From Caecitellus pseudoparvulus (Eukaryota; Protista; Bigyra: Bicosoecida), in the NCBI GenBank assembly GCA_965644315.1, contig CBFFRQ010000008.1:42927-106926 (forward strand): a stretch of 64,000 nucleotides of DNA, read 5' to 3'. A program made the translations under genes and the position numbers. Shown in pieces: positions 19,833-31,652 of the stretch (its first letter is position 1; every line of letters begins with the position of its first letter). Below the pieces are notes generated by a model. That model saw nothing but the letters and a program-made list of their open reading frames with translations, ran no database searches and had not been told where the DNA came from.

Positions 19833-22800
19833 ATGGGTGGCCCCGCTGGTCCCACTGCACTTGTGCCTGCCCAGGCTGCTCGCCAGCCACGTCTGCGGCA
19901 GTGCAGACCGCTGCAACGCCTGGCACTTCCCTGCGTCATTGCACTATGCTTTGCGCTGCTGCCCATCGTCCACTGCATCACTAACGAGACGCTTCCACAG
20001 GCACTGCAACGCCAACTGCGTTTTCAGTCCTATGAGCCGATTCCCGCCTCCGCGTGGAGTGCAGGCGTCGCGGGCGATACGCTGGCCCTGAGCACAAAAG
20101 CACGCATTGGCGCCAGCTCACACAGCACAGAGCACAATGCGACGCTGTTCGTGGAGGCTGCCCACGTGTCTGTGCATGAGGAGCTCCTGAGGTGGGACTT
20201 CAACATCAGCGTCAACGGCAGCCTGCCCCTTGCAGGCAACGCCTCCTCCGCTGCCATGCCACACGTCAGCTTCTGGGCAGTGGGCACGATGGTGGACCTG
20301 TTCGTGCAGGACCACGCGCCCATGCCGTGGGCCAACCGCAGCACCTGGCGCAACGCCTCCGCCACCATCCCGCTCCGTGCCGAGGGCTCCAGCACTGTGC
20401 ACGAGGTGACGCTGCAAGGACCAGCCAACCTCTTCGTCATCTTCAAACTCGTGTGGACGCAGGGCTACCCCGAGCCCCGCGTGGCCTGCCACACAGTGCA
20501 CAGGTGGCATCACTGGGCGTGGCAGCGTGTGGACGGTGCTCGGCTGTGCTCGGGGCTGGTGTGGGGCCACCCAGTCCTGCCCTCACACATCACACCCGCC
20601 CCGACGCCGGCTCACCCTCGCGCCTGGACACCAGGCACACACCACCTGCGTGCCGTGCTGCACGCTCCAGTGCAGGATGCATTGCTGCCCTTCCACATGG
20701 CTGCCGCTCTGCAACACCCACAAGATGGCCCGGTGCTCTTGGAGATCCGAGGCCTCCAGCTGCATTCCCTGCGAGCACTGCCTGAGGGCCCAGCAGCAGT
20801 CAGCTGGTCAGTGCAAGCGTGGACTGCGGGGCAGCGTGTGCATGACCCTGGCAGTGGGCCACCTCACCCCCCTCGTGTGGAGCTCGTGCCAGTGACACTG
20901 AGCACCAAAATGGTCAGCATCGGAGACACGCACGCATGTGCCATCACCGGTCCACATGCTGGGGTCAAGTGCTTCGGGGCAGGCGGCAACAAGCTCAACT
21001 TCTTCGCTGGCAAGGGCCGCCTGGGCTACGGCGGCATCGACAACGTCGGCGTGGAGAAGACCCTGAAAGACGTCCCCTTCGTGCAGCTGCCCCGCCCAGC
21101 CAGGCACATCCGAGCGGGGCAGCTGGCGACGTGTGCCACCCTCAACAACGGCACGCTGTACTGCTGGGGTGAGGGCGGCACGGGCATCTTGGGCCACGGC
21201 GGTGGGCATGATGTCGGGGATGACCCGGGTGAGACACCCCTGTCCTCCGGCCCCGTGCCCGTCGTGGGACGCGTCACCATGACAGCCATCGGCGAGCAGC
21301 ACGCCTGTGCTCTGCTGGACACAGGGCATGTGCGCTGCTGGGGCAGTGGCCTCGGAGGACGCACTGGGTACGCGTCACAGAGCCCAATCCTGGACGCGTC
21401 CACAGCCGGCATCGTGCGCCTGTCTGACCTGGCCGTGTCCATTGACTCCATGTGGGGCTTCACATGTGCTCTGCTGGTGAGTGCCGATGTGCAGTGCTGG
21501 GGCACAGGGTCCTTTGAGCCGCTCGCAGGCGGCGCTGGGTGGCTGGGCCTGGGGTACCTCACTGATGTGGGGGACAATGAGCACCCTGCTGACGTCGGGC
21601 CCGTGCCGTTGGGCGGCAAGGTGCTGGACATGTCAGTGGGCATGTTCCACGCCTGTGCGTTGATGCTGTCTGGGGGTGTGCGGTGCTGGGGTGCCAACGA
21701 TGAGTCCATTCCATTTAGTGGAGGCAATACTTTTCCACTCTCTGGACGTCTGGGCATCGGCAGCACCGCCAGCATGGGTGACAATGAGCCTGCCTCCGCC
21801 TCCCCCATCATCCAGCTGCCGTGGGAGGTGACCAGCATCTGTTCGTCATTCTGGAACAACTGTGTCACGACCGTGAGCGGGCAGTCCATGTGCTGGGGTG
21901 GCGAGGACTATGGTGAGGCGGGCGTGGGGCGTCAAAAGTACCCATACAGTGTGATGGCGAAGCGGTCCATCGGGGACGATGAAGTGCCGTGGATGCAAGG
22001 GTGGATGCAGAATGGCGCCCCCGTCAGCTTCATGAGCTGCGGCACCGCCAGTCAGTTCATCGGCCTGCAGGGCGGCGGCATCCGCTACATCGGCGCGCTG
22101 GGAGAGGGGCGCTCAGCAACAGGCAAGCTGCGCATCGCAGACGCACGACGATATGAGGCACACCAGGTCGTCCTCACGCCACAAGTATTGCATGCAAAGC
22201 TTGCAGCAGTGAGTGTGCTGCGCCTGGCCGCTCCTGAGTTCACAGACACAGCCAGTATTCACGCAGGATACAACTTCGCATGCGCGTTGACGCGGTGGAA
22301 GGGTGTCAGGTGTTGGGGCCAAAGTTTTAATCTCAAGCTGGGGAGAGAAGAGCCTTCCACGCATGTCGGCCGTGTCAACCTGGGACAACGTTCCACCGCA
22401 CTGCTGCTGCCTGGCCCGGTAGAGGAGCTGTCTATTCAAGCGCGTCACGCTTGTGCTCGACTGCAAGATGCTAGCGTGCGCTGCTGGGGGAACAACGGGG
22501 ACTCTCAGGCTGGTGCTGGCGACTGGTTCGAGTCAGCAGCATCTTCTACCCCGATTGCACTTGGTGGGACGCCTGTGACCATCGAGGCCGGCCGCTCCCA
22601 CTCCTGCGCTGTGCTATCGTCAGGACAGGTGCAGTGCTGGGGAGTCAATGTGTATGGTGAGAGATTCCACCCGAACTCGTATGAATCTTCATCAGGTCAG
22701 CCTGCCAATGCCATCGCTCCTGCCAGGCAGGTGTGCGCTGGTTTTCACCTGACATGCCTGCTGCTCGATGACGGCCGTGTCCAGTGTGTTGGCAACACGC

Positions 22801-25800
22801 ACTGGGGCATCCAGGGAACAGGGAGCACTTTCTACACGTCAGAGACGACCCCTCTGACCACGTTGAATGCTGTAGGCACCGTGCAGCTGTCTGAGCCTGC
22901 CAGCTCCATTGTCTGCGGTGTTCACCACGCTTGTGCAGTGCTGGCCAGTGGGTCTGTGCAATGCTGGGGCAGGGGGGGCGATCCTCGAATCTGGCGAGCC
23001 AGGCTCGGACAGCCGGGCTTGACCAGCAGTCACATTGGAGACGACGAGACACCAGCCTCCCTCGGCCCTGTGCAGCTGTCTGGACCTGCTGTCGCGGTGG
23101 AAGCGGGGCCATACCAGTCCTGTGCAGTGCTCGCTACAGGCCACTTGCAGTGCTGGGGCTGGAACTTCAAGGGAGAGCTCTTCTACGGCCACACCGACAC
23201 CGTCGGCGCCACCAACACACCGCACCAGGCTGGGCTCTCCCCACTGCCCCCCACAGTGCAACAGGTGGCCGCTGGCTACGAGGCCACCTGCGTCCTGCTG
23301 CATGGCGGGCACATTCGGTGTGTCGGCGACAATGCTCAGGGCCTGCTGGGCTCGGGCTTCCCGGGCATTGTGGGCCAGCACGGGCTGCCTCGCTACATGC
23401 TCAACCCATCCCCACAAGTGCTGGACCTGGGGCAGCATGTGGCCATTTCCTCCCTGCTGCCTGGTCTCCGCGCCCTGGGCAGTGTCATGCAGTGGGCCAG
23501 CATTGCCCAGGTGCGCTCGTGCCCCTCCTGCCCCATGAAGGACGTGGAGTCCCTCCCACCCTGGCTCATGAGCGTCATGCGCGGGGCCGAGTTCATCGAC
23601 ATGCTGCCCCCTGCCGCCTCCACCGGCATTCTGTGCCGGCAGCGCGGCATGCCGACGCGCTCTGGAGTGGACCTGTGTGCACCTTACCAAGCCTGCAGTC
23701 GTAACCTGGATGCATCTGCTGAGCTGCAGCCCTTCGCTGAGACGTGTGTGTGGCCCGAAGACTGGTCCATGGCCACCATCCTCCAAGTGACTGCTGTGAC
23801 TGACCAGGCTGCACAAGGCAAGCCTGCAGTGTCGCCTGCCGCGGGGGGACTGCAGGTGAAACTGGTGGGGCGCTTCTGGCCCCTCACCATTCTCCGTCGC
23901 GAAGCCGTGCCGTTTACTGTCTTGATAGGTGCCGCGCCCTGCACAGCCCCTCAGCTGGCGTCCGTGTCAGAGCTGACGTGCATCACGCCTCCACTGCCGA
24001 GCACAAACCTCACCTCAGGCGCTGCCATCCGCATCGAGCACAGCGTCCCCAATGTCCCCAGCCCTGTGCGGAGTCCGCCTGATGTGGTGGTGCAGTATGC
24101 GCCGCCACTGCTGAGCTTCGTGCAGCCAGCCCAGGATCTCCCCGTCACGGGCGCAGACGTGACTGTGCGTGGCGCGCACCTCGGCCAGACGCTGTCCAGC
24201 ACGGCCAGTGTGCCGTGGCTCTTGCCGCTGGCTGCTGTGCACATTGCTGTGCTGGAGCACCCCCTCGAAGCGGCTCCAGCGTCCCGCTGCAACGTAACGT
24301 CAGTGTCAGTGGCGTCCATTCAGTGCACCATGCCGCCTGGCCTGGGCACGGTGTGGCTGCGTGTCACTGTGGCTGGGCAAACCGCCCTAGACATGCTACA
24401 GGTGTCATATGCGGCGCCACTCGTCACTTCAGTCGTGCCTGCCACTCTCCTGTGGTCCCCGCCTGCCAACGCCAGCCAGGCATCGCTCCACATCCACGGG
24501 TCAGCTCTGGGACTGCGAGCCCAGGACTTGGACGTGACTGTCGCTGGCGCACCCTGTGGACAGATCCTGTGGCATGACAGCACCCATATCGAGTGTGCTG
24601 CCGTGAACACCAGTGCCGTGGACACATCGGCATCATCGGGAGATGTCATGCTTCGTGTGCTGCCCACTGGCCACGAGACAAGCCTGTCGGCAGCAGTGCG
24701 TGTCTTCGGACCCATGCGCGTCACAGGCGCAGTTCCACTGACTGTCCCATGGGGAGGCGGCACTATGACTGTGTTTGGGCTGGAGTTCGGCCTGCTGGGA
24801 GTTGGGGGGAGCATCGACGCAGTGACCATGAACGGCGTGCCCTGCACCGGAGTTGTGGTGTCGGCATCTTCCCTCTCGTGCTCCCTGCCGCCCGGAGTCG
24901 GTGGGCTGTCCCCCATCGTTGTGCGGCGTGCCGCCGGCGCCGAGGCCCAGTTTGTCAGTGCGTCCTTGGCGTATGACCCGCCCCGTCTCAGCCACACACA
25001 GCCCAGCGTCTTGTCTGCAGCGTTGCCTGGAGCTCAAGGCACCACCACTCTGACTGTGTATGGCCAAGGCTTCGGCCGGCCGGGTGCTTCCCAGGTGCAG
25101 GCAACGGTTGGATCACAGACGTGCGTCGTACAGCACGTGTCCAACACCACGCTCCTGTGCACGGGCCTGAATGCGACGGCACTGCTGGCCGTAGCAAGTG
25201 CAACAGTGCAAGTGACAGTGGCTGGGCGCCCCTGTCCGTCGCCGTTAAACCTGCGCGTGCTGCAGAAGCCATCAGTGGCGGCCATGCAACCGTCGGTCGT
25301 GACGGCTGCGGGAGGCACAGAGGTGACGCTGCTGGGTGTGGACTTCGGGGGGGGGGCTCTTTCCGATGTGCAGGAGGTGCTGATTGGCGCCGCCACCTGT
25401 GCCATCCTGACGGTGAGCTCCACCAGCATTCGCTGCAGGACACCTTCCAAGCAAGCCGCTGGCGGGAGCCCTGTGGCGGCCACCGTGCGCCTTGCCTCTG
25501 GCTTCCAGGACACTCTGCCCAATGCCCTGATCTACACTGAAGCAGAGATCTTCCGCGTCGAAGGGGGCACCCTCATGCCTGCCGCTCGCCTGGGGGTCGC
25601 CACAGCGACACTGAGCGCTTTTGGCCTGGCCTTGGGTGCACCGGGCATGGCCAGTCCTGGCAATGTGTCCATCGCGGGTGTCGACTGTGCTGCGGCAGGT
25701 GGTGTTGTCAGCCTTGCTGCCAATGCCCGCAGTGTGACGTGTGACGGACTCGACCCTGGCGTCCTGCCACAGCAACAGGCTGGCTCAGCCACGACTGTGC

Positions 25801-28376
25801 AGCTGGTCGTAACGACCAATGAAGGCCTGCAGCTGACTGCACCTGCTGGCACTGTGCAGCTCCTGGGGCCACCACAAGTGGAAGCGCTCGTCCCGCCGCA
25901 GGTGCGTGCAGGGGAAGCCGTCGCTGTGCTCGGGCGCAACTTCGGCCTGCAACGTGGCGACGTTCAAGAGGTGCTGGTCGGCAGCGTACCCGTGCCAGAC
26001 GAGGCGTGGGAGTGGAACAGCCAGGGCAGCATCAGCATCACGGCTGTGCCCGAACCCGCCACCTTGGTCCTGTCCAGCCTCGCAGATTTGCCAGTGGTGC
26101 TGCGCCTGGCCAACGGCCACAGTGCAGTGTCCACCTCCCCGGCTGTCTTGACGTACGACGTGCCGCCCTCTGCCCCCCGCAACGCACCAGGCGAGCCCTG
26201 CCTGTACCGCGAGGGGCCAGGCGGCAACATCAGGGCAAGCTTCCTGTGGGAAGATGACACTGCCACTCGACTTTCGCCTGTTGCGGCATGGATCGTGCAT
26301 GTGTCTGTGCAACCCTGGATGCAGGGCGGACGGTACACACAGCGAGTCGTGCCGACATCAGGCGAGTCGGTGGGCGACGTGCTGGTGTCGGACGCAGGGA
26401 TTGGGCCGTGCAGTCACTTGCGAGTGAATGGGAGGAGCGCATCCACTCGTGTCATTGACCTGCGCATTCTGGAGTCGCCTCAACGCCCCGTGTGGGTGCG
26501 TGTCAGTGCGGCAACAGGCGTGGCCGACCCTGCCCTGCGCGGCCCGCCCAGTGCTGTGGGTGGGCCAGTCTTCCCCCAGTGCCTGCCAGCGCAGTACATT
26601 GCCACTCAGCACGCGAGGCAGGGGCGGTGGCGTGGCGCGGTGTGTCTTGCCTGTCCCGATGGCGCCGTGTGTGGGGGCTTGCCGTGGGAAGGCATGCGGG
26701 CGGCTGCAGGCTACTACAGGGTGCCCTGGAGCGAGCATGGCCTGACGTTCCAGCGGTGCGCAGACCCGACACTGTGCCCGCCAGCGGTCAATGTGCGCTT
26801 GACTGCGCAGCAGCTGGCGTATGTGCGCCCCCAGTGGAACGTGACACGCCCCAACTCCACGTCAGAAGGGCAGCACCCTGGTCTGCCGGCAGCTTTCCAA
26901 GCCCAGCAGCTGGACATCCAAGCACCTGCCGAGGACGGCTTCACTGTGCAGCAGGGCGACGCATCGAACTCCTCCGCTGCAGATCTGGTCGTGGCCTCGA
27001 ACTGTGTTGCTGGGCACACTGGCCTCATGATGTCCTTTGACCTGGAGTGGCCAGACCCCTTCAAGACTCTGCTTGCTGTGTCTGACACAGCTGCTGCCAG
27101 CAGCGCACAAATCGCATCCCTGGACTGCGTGCGCTCCAAGGAGGTGCCCAACGCCCCCAGCTCCTCCTTCCGCATGCAGGTTCTCCTCACGGTGGCCGCT
27201 CCTGCCATCATCCTCTCCGTGTGCCTCCTGGGTGCCTTCGGGCTGGCTGCGCTGAAGTCTCGCCCCGACTGGGCTGAGGCTCGCCGCCGCGTCATTGTCG
27301 CCGTCCTGGTCGTGGCGTTCTTGTTTTACGCGCCCCTCACTCGCACAGTCATGCAGCTGTTTACATGTGTGAGTGTGGGCGGGGAGCAGCGCCTGCTGAA
27401 TGACTTGGAGGTGCTGTGTGACTCGCCTGGAAACTTGGCGTGGGTGTATGGCTTGGGCGTGCCGCTGCTCGTGGTGTTCGTCGCTGGCATGCCAGCGGCC
27501 ATTGCCCACACCCTGTACAGTCGACGCACTCGTCTGCAAGACTCATCATGGCATCGCCGCACATTCGGATTCTTGTATGTCGACTACAAGCCGCAGTACT
27601 ACTGGTACGAGGTGGTCATCATGACCCGCAAGGCCCTGTTTGCCACGGTGCTCGTAGCACTGCGCCCCATCGGGCTGCTGTGGCAGATTGCATTCGGCAT
27701 GCTCGTGCTGTCTGCAGCCTGCATCGCCTCTGCCACCTGGGCGCCCTTCATCAACCCCACCTTCAACTCCCTCGACTTGGCATCCTTGGCGCTGTCTATG
27801 ACCACACTGGCAGGCGGCGCCATTCTGTACCAGGGCGCAGTGGAGCAGCGCAGAGCAGACGCAGTCGGTGGCTCGCCGCCGTGGCCTCACTACAGTGCTG
27901 CAGGCCAGACTGTCACAGTGCTGCTCACCTTGGCCAACATCATCTTCGTCGTGGGCATGGTGGCTTGGATGGCACGCTCCTTCTACAACGAGGAGATCTC
28001 CCCTCGCCTCAGCGTCGCCAAAGCCAAGCACAAAGACGGCATCTTGAAGGCGTCTCGGCTGCACCACAAGCTTGCCAAGGCCGGCAAGCTCTCGGACAAG
28101 CCCAAGAGCTCCGTGCTGGAGAAGGCTGGAGATCTACCTTCTCCAGCTGCTGTGCCGGTGGGGCAGGATGCCAAGCATGCACCTGCCAGTGCTCCGGACA
28201 CGCCAGGCGCTGAATCATCACAAACAGGCATGGCCCAATCCCCGGTGGTTGCTCGTGGACGTGCACCCCAGGAGAAGGCAGCCGTTGCAGCCGTTGCGGG
28301 AAGGTCAGTGTTGACGCCTGGCAGCCGTGCTGCACGTGTGCGAGCGAACTTGGCTGTGGCGAAATCGAAGAAGTGA
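19833..28376 (+). CDS. Giant putative surface receptor, copy 1: signal peptide, 14 RCC1/BLIP-II-like blades, IPT/TIG repeats, Cys-rich region, multi-TM; lacks a 76-aa Cys-rich + TM segment
   Basis: Repeated HACA..V.CWG..G.LG units, TIG-like P.V.S..P...GG..VT..G..FG..V.IG..C units, CLACPDGAVC, and FGFLYVDYKPQYYWYEVVIMTRK. First ATG at 19833. Possible in-frame intron 20536-20634. Confidence 0.88.
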   Translation: MGGPAGPTALVPAQAARQPRLRQCRPLQRLALPCVIALCFALLPIVHCITNETLPQALQRQLRFQSYEPIPASAWSAGVAGDTLALSTKARIGASSHSTEHNATLFVEAAHVSVHEELLRWDFNISVNGSLPLAGNASSAAMPHVSFWAVGTMVDLFVQDHAPMPWANRSTWRNASATIPLRAEGSSTVHEVTLQGPANLFVIFKLVWTQGYPEPRVACHTVHRWHHWAWQRVDGARLCSGLVWGHPVLPSHITPAPTPAHPRAWTPGTHHLRAVLHAPVQDALLPFHMAAALQHPQDGPVLLEIRGLQLHSLRALPEGPAAVSWSVQAWTAGQRVHDPGSGPPHPPRVELVPVTLSTKMVSIGDTHACAITGPHAGVKCFGAGGNKLNFFAGKGRLGYGGIDNVGVEKTLKDVPFVQLPRPARHIRAGQLATCATLNNGTLYCWGEGGTGILGHGGGHDVGDDPGETPLSSGPVPVVGRVTMTAIGEQHACALLDTGHVRCWGSGLGGRTGYASQSPILDASTAGIVRLSDLAVSIDSMWGFTCALLVSADVQCWGTGSFEPLAGGAGWLGLGYLTDVGDNEHPADVGPVPLGGKVLDMSVGMFHACALMLSGGVRCWGANDESIPFSGGNTFPLSGRLGIGSTASMGDNEPASASPIIQLPWEVTSICSSFWNNCVTTVSGQSMCWGGEDYGEAGVGRQKYPYSVMAKRSIGDDEVPWMQGWMQNGAPVSFMSCGTASQFIGLQGGGIRYIGALGEGRSATGKLRIADARRYEAHQVVLTPQVLHAKLAAVSVLRLAAPEFTDTASIHAGYNFACALTRWKGVRCWGQSFNLKLGREEPSTHVGRVNLGQRSTALLLPGPVEELSIQARHACARLQDASVRCWGNNGDSQAGAGDWFESAASSTPIALGGTPVTIEAGRSHSCAVLSSGQVQCWGVNVYGERFHPNSYESSSGQPANAIAPARQVCAGFHLTCLLLDDGRVQCVGNTHWGIQGTGSTFYTSETTPLTTLNAVGTVQLSEPASSIVCGVHHACAVLASGSVQCWGRGGDPRIWRARLGQPGLTSSHIGDDETPASLGPVQLSGPAVAVEAGPYQSCAVLATGHLQCWGWNFKGELFYGHTDTVGATNTPHQAGLSPLPPTVQQVAAGYEATCVLLHGGHIRCVGDNAQGLLGSGFPGIVGQHGLPRYMLNPSPQVLDLGQHVAISSLLPGLRALGSVMQWASIAQVRSCPSCPMKDVESLPPWLMSVMRGAEFIDMLPPAASTGILCRQRGMPTRSGVDLCAPYQACSRNLDASAELQPFAETCVWPEDWSMATILQVTAVTDQAAQGKPAVSPAAGGLQVKLVGRFWPLTILRREAVPFTVLIGAAPCTAPQLASVSELTCITPPLPSTNLTSGAAIRIEHSVPNVPSPVRSPPDVVVQYAPPLLSFVQPAQDLPVTGADVTVRGAHLGQTLSSTASVPWLLPLAAVHIAVLEHPLEAAPASRCNVTSVSVASIQCTMPPGLGTVWLRVTVAGQTALDMLQVSYAAPLVTSVVPATLLWSPPANASQASLHIHGSALGLRAQDLDVTVAGAPCGQILWHDSTHIECAAVNTSAVDTSASSGDVMLRVLPTGHETSLSAAVRVFGPMRVTGAVPLTVPWGGGTMTVFGLEFGLLGVGGSIDAVTMNGVPCTGVVVSASSLSCSLPPGVGGLSPIVVRRAAGAEAQFVSASLAYDPPRLSHTQPSVLSAALPGAQGTTTLTVYGQGFGRPGASQVQATVGSQTCVVQHVSNTTLLCTGLNATALLAVASATVQVTVAGRPCPSPLNLRVLQKPSVAAMQPSVVTAAGGTEVTLLGVDFGGGALSDVQEVLIGAATCAILTVSSTSIRCRTPSKQAAGGSPVAATVRLASGFQDTLPNALIYTEAEIFRVEGGTLMPAARLGVATATLSAFGLALGAPGMASPGNVSIAGVDCAAAGGVVSLAANARSVTCDGLDPGVLPQQQAGSATTVQLVVTTNEGLQLTAPAGTVQLLGPPQVEALVPPQVRAGEAVAVLGRNFGLQRGDVQEVLVGSVPVPDEAWEWNSQGSISITAVPEPATLVLSSLADLPVVLRLANGHSAVSTSPAVLTYDVPPSAPRNAPGEPCLYREGPGGNIRASFLWEDDTATRLSPVAAWIVHVSVQPWMQGGRYTQRVVPTSGESVGDVLVSDAGIGPCSHLRVNGRSASTRVIDLRILESPQRPVWVRVSAATGVADPALRGPPSAVGGPVFPQCLPAQYIATQHARQGRWRGAVCLACPDGAVCGGLPWEGMRAAAGYYRVPWSEHGLTFQRCADPTLCPPAVNVRLTAQQLAYVRPQWNVTRPNSTSEGQHPGLPAAFQAQQLDIQAPAEDGFTVQQGDASNSSAADLVVASNCVAGHTGLMMSFDLEWPDPFKTLLAVSDTAAASSAQIASLDCVRSKEVPNAPSSSFRMQVLLTVAAPAIILSVCLLGAFGLAALKSRPDWAEARRRVIVAVLVVAFLFYAPLTRTVMQLFTCVSVGGEQRLLNDLEVLCDSPGNLAWVYGLGVPLLVVFVAGMPAAIAHTLYSRRTRLQDSSWHRRTFGFLYVDYKPQYYWYEVVIMTRKALFATVLVALRPIGLLWQIAFGMLVLSAACIASATWAPFINPTFNSLDLASLALSMTTLAGGAILYQGAVEQRRADAVGGSPPWPHYSAAGQTVTVLLTLANIIFVVGMVAWMARSFYNEEISPRLSVAKAKHKDGILKASRLHHKLAKAGKLSDKPKSSVLEKAGDLPSPAAVPVGQDAKHAPASAPDTPGAESSQTGMAQSPVVARGRAPQEKAAVAAVAGRSVLTPGSRAARVRANLAVAKSKK

Positions 28377-29006
28377 GCCATCCTTCACCTTATCCAAATG
28401 CATGGTTTGTTATTTTACTCACAAAAGTAAGGTATCAAGCATTCCCAACCCATTTAGCTGACGCAGGTGAGCGTATCATGCTTGAAGCATGCTCTCCCAT
28501 ACAAAAATCTCCAGGTCGCTGCATGCCCAAGGCTGTGTCCGCCGCGGTCACCCAGAAAACAGACCTTTCCGATTCCCAGAGCGAAATTCAAACAGCAAAT
28601 ACAAGCTCTGCTAACACTTCGTTTCCAGCAGTGTCTGAAAACAAGTGCTGCGCGGTGGCTCAATCAAATCTGCACCATCAGAAAGCCACGCCAGCAAGAC
28701 ACACTCAAACACCTCCACGCACAAGGCGCTTGCGACACTCATTCACAGCGCCAAGGATGCCATTCTCAACAAGAGCCACAAAGCTCACCATGCTGCTTCC
28801 GCGCACATACTCTGCTCGGCAGTGCACAGGCGAGCGCTCCCCGTCCAAGTCTTGGCCAGCATACTCAAAGCAGCCACCGAGCACAAGCTTCACGGACGGT
28901 CCATGGTGCAGCTTGCAACAGCCTGTCTCCCCCACCGACAGCAGGCCCAGGTGCGCCGCCGCACATCCCGACGCCCACACAGCAAGCGCACCAAACCTTG
29001 ACGCCT

Positions 29007-31150
29007 TCACCTCCACTTGCGGCGCCGAGCACTGGCAAGCGCCCGAGCAGCCAACACAGCCGCGCCACACACACAACAGCCAAAGCCCACAGCCAGCCCC
29101 AACCTCCAAACATCCCACGAGCAAGGCTGCAGCCATGGCAACCCTGACCCAAGCCCCACCCACAGCGTCTGATTCATCGTCACGTACGGTGCGAATGACT
29201 CCCCCCCCACCACAGCCACGCCTCGAGATGCTTGCAAAAGACACACCTCAGCGCCAGACGCTGGTGGACTTGCCCACTCATGACCCGCCAACGGATGAGC
29301 TGCCAGCGACCCCTGATGCCGTCCAAGCGCCACACGCCCACCATCCAACCTGCACACTGACCGGCGCAACCAAGACTGAACCGCCAATCGCTCCCTGCAC
29401 ACTGGTGTGAGGCAGTGCCACTTTCGCTGAACCCTCCCTTCCCGCAGCGCTGCCGCTGCACAAGCCACGGCGTGCTCACCGAAACCCCCCACATCAAACG
29501 AATCAGACGACACTGCTCCCAGCACACGCTGAACCTCCCTGCACTCGGCACACGCAGCGCCACCACAAGCGGCAGCGTCAATCATGGCACACTGTCCTGG
29601 CGTCAAGCTGCGCTCTTGACTCCAAACCACCCCATCACCAGTCACCTCAGCTGCCCACACGTCGTCCAGGTCCACACAGCCAGGAGCACACTGCGCACCC
29701 GACACAAGCACCAGCCTGCTGCGCGATGTAGCCACCTGCATGCCCATGCTGCGAGGTGCCGGCCATGCTGCCGAAGCCCGCACTGCCCGCAACAAGGCCC
29801 ACGTCACTGGGCGCCCCTGCTCCACGCTGCCACGCCACAGATCCCCAAGCACCAACCCCGCGCTGCTGCCCCGCGTGCGGAACTGGTGCCGCTCCAGCCC
29901 ACCCTGCAAAGCAGCCTGGACTGAGCACTGCGAACACGCCCCTCCGAACAAGAACAACGCCCCGCCACCGCCGTCGCGTGTGCTTGCATGGAACGTCATG
30001 TGCCCAGAGTGCCGACTGAGCGGCCACCGCCCAGTGACACTGTCAGCAACACACCCTGCAGAGCTCGAGTGCTCCAGCACAGACACACTGCCTGTCGCCT
30101 GCACTGACAAGCTCCACAGCTCGCATGAGTCCGCCAAGGGCGACGCAGATCCGCCCAACCGCCCCGCAAGAACACGACCCACGCCAGTGTCCCCAAGGCT
30201 CTTCAACTCCCCCTCCATCGCCTCCACCGAGCCGGTGACCTGAGACAGCAGCCCCCCAAACACCCACACCGCACGAAGAGCGTACTGCCCATCACCTCCC
30301 CCCACCTCGTAACTCGCAGTGGAAGCAGCTGAGGCACGGGCCAGCAACGCCTCAGCCAGCGACGCGGACAACCGAGACTGCTGCACAGAGGCACCCACGT
30401 GCCCCCAAAAGTACTCCTCCACTCGGGACCACCGGATGACCTGCTGGCCAGCGACATCTGCCTCCTCCCCCATCCACACCCTGCCATGGCTCGTACCGGG
30501 TGCATAGTGAAAGGCCGCCGCATCGAGCCCGGGGGCAGCACAGGCGTCTGACCCCCCTTTGCCCACGTCGCCCCCCAGCACCAACATGCCCCGCGGACCC
30601 ACAGCAGCTGTGAGACAGGAAGGGGGGCGCTTGCACAACACTCACCGTGGCTGGCACCGCACAGCTCACTCACAAACCACTGCGTTCATGCGGGGACATG
30701 GCACCACCCCTCCAGCCTCCCGTGGCACCATGGCCACCCGGCGAGGCGGGGAGCAGTCTGCAGCCTGGTGCACACCGGTTCCATGCCTGCGAAAGAGAAC
30801 CAGCGCAGCCTCAGTGACAGCGTCGCCCCAGGAGCGTCCCCGTGCCAACACCATGCGCTTCGGCAGTGTGCACGCTCAACAGAGCCAGCCGCTCTCCCTG
30901 GCCGCGCTCAGCAACCCAGCACACGCAGCCCCACGCACCACTCAGGACCCTGCTCCGACATCTGGTACCCAAACACAGACGTGAACCACACCTTCGATGC
31001 CGCGCCCTGCACCGTGGAGCAGTTGGCACGGAGGACGGCGCTGGCGCCGAAACGTGCGCGAAACTCCCCACACCCTCGCAGCACCTGAACCTCGCCCGCA
31101 GCACAGCAGAGGCTCAAGGTGACCAATGCCGATAGACACCCACGATGCAT
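29007..31150 (-). CDS. Kelch-repeat-like protein with signal peptide and C-terminal TM plus basic tail, copy 2; 5' introns not resolved
   Basis: N-terminus MHRGCLSALVTLSLCCAAG; kelch-like WPLSRHSGH...LFLFGG...LGDLW and WPAPRSMG...LVLVSG...LDDVW; ends LGLAVGFGCCVCGAAVLAARALASARRRKWR. Confidence 0.65.
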
Positions 31151-31652
31151 GGCAGGCGATGACGCCGTGACCAAGCTGTCTCGGTGCTGCTCGAGTCAAG
31201 CCCCGCCCAATTGACGGATCGCCACCCAACTCTCCACTCCACAACAATGACTGTCATGCCACATTCAACACTGACACACGACACACAGCGAGGTTCACTT
31301 TTAGTGTTTACGTGCAACAGCAGCTCAGCGTTTTTCCACCTAGATTGAGTAAGTTGACAAGGTGGGAGTTTTGCCGCCAGTACTTTCGACGGCGGTGCGC
31401 AAGCAGCCATCCCTGCTCCACGCCAGCACACCGTCGGGTTCCCCCACAACAAGCCCTCCTGCAGCCATCGCTGTATAGATCACAGACGTGTCGGGGTGGA
31501 CTGGACGTGGCCATTGCTGCTCTGACTCGCCACGGCCTGCTTCCCCAGTTTGCCGGCCGCACTCGACTGCACAGCTCTTGCCCACAGCCTGCACACCCCA
31601 CACAGCGCTTCTTGCCGTTGACGTGCACACAGGGACTCCACTTCTTTCAGCC

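Noticed and set aside
28645-29001. Independent small gene at the start of repeat copies 2 and 3
   Set aside because: It is the duplicated 3' fragment of the 16104-18672 gene and has no start of its own.
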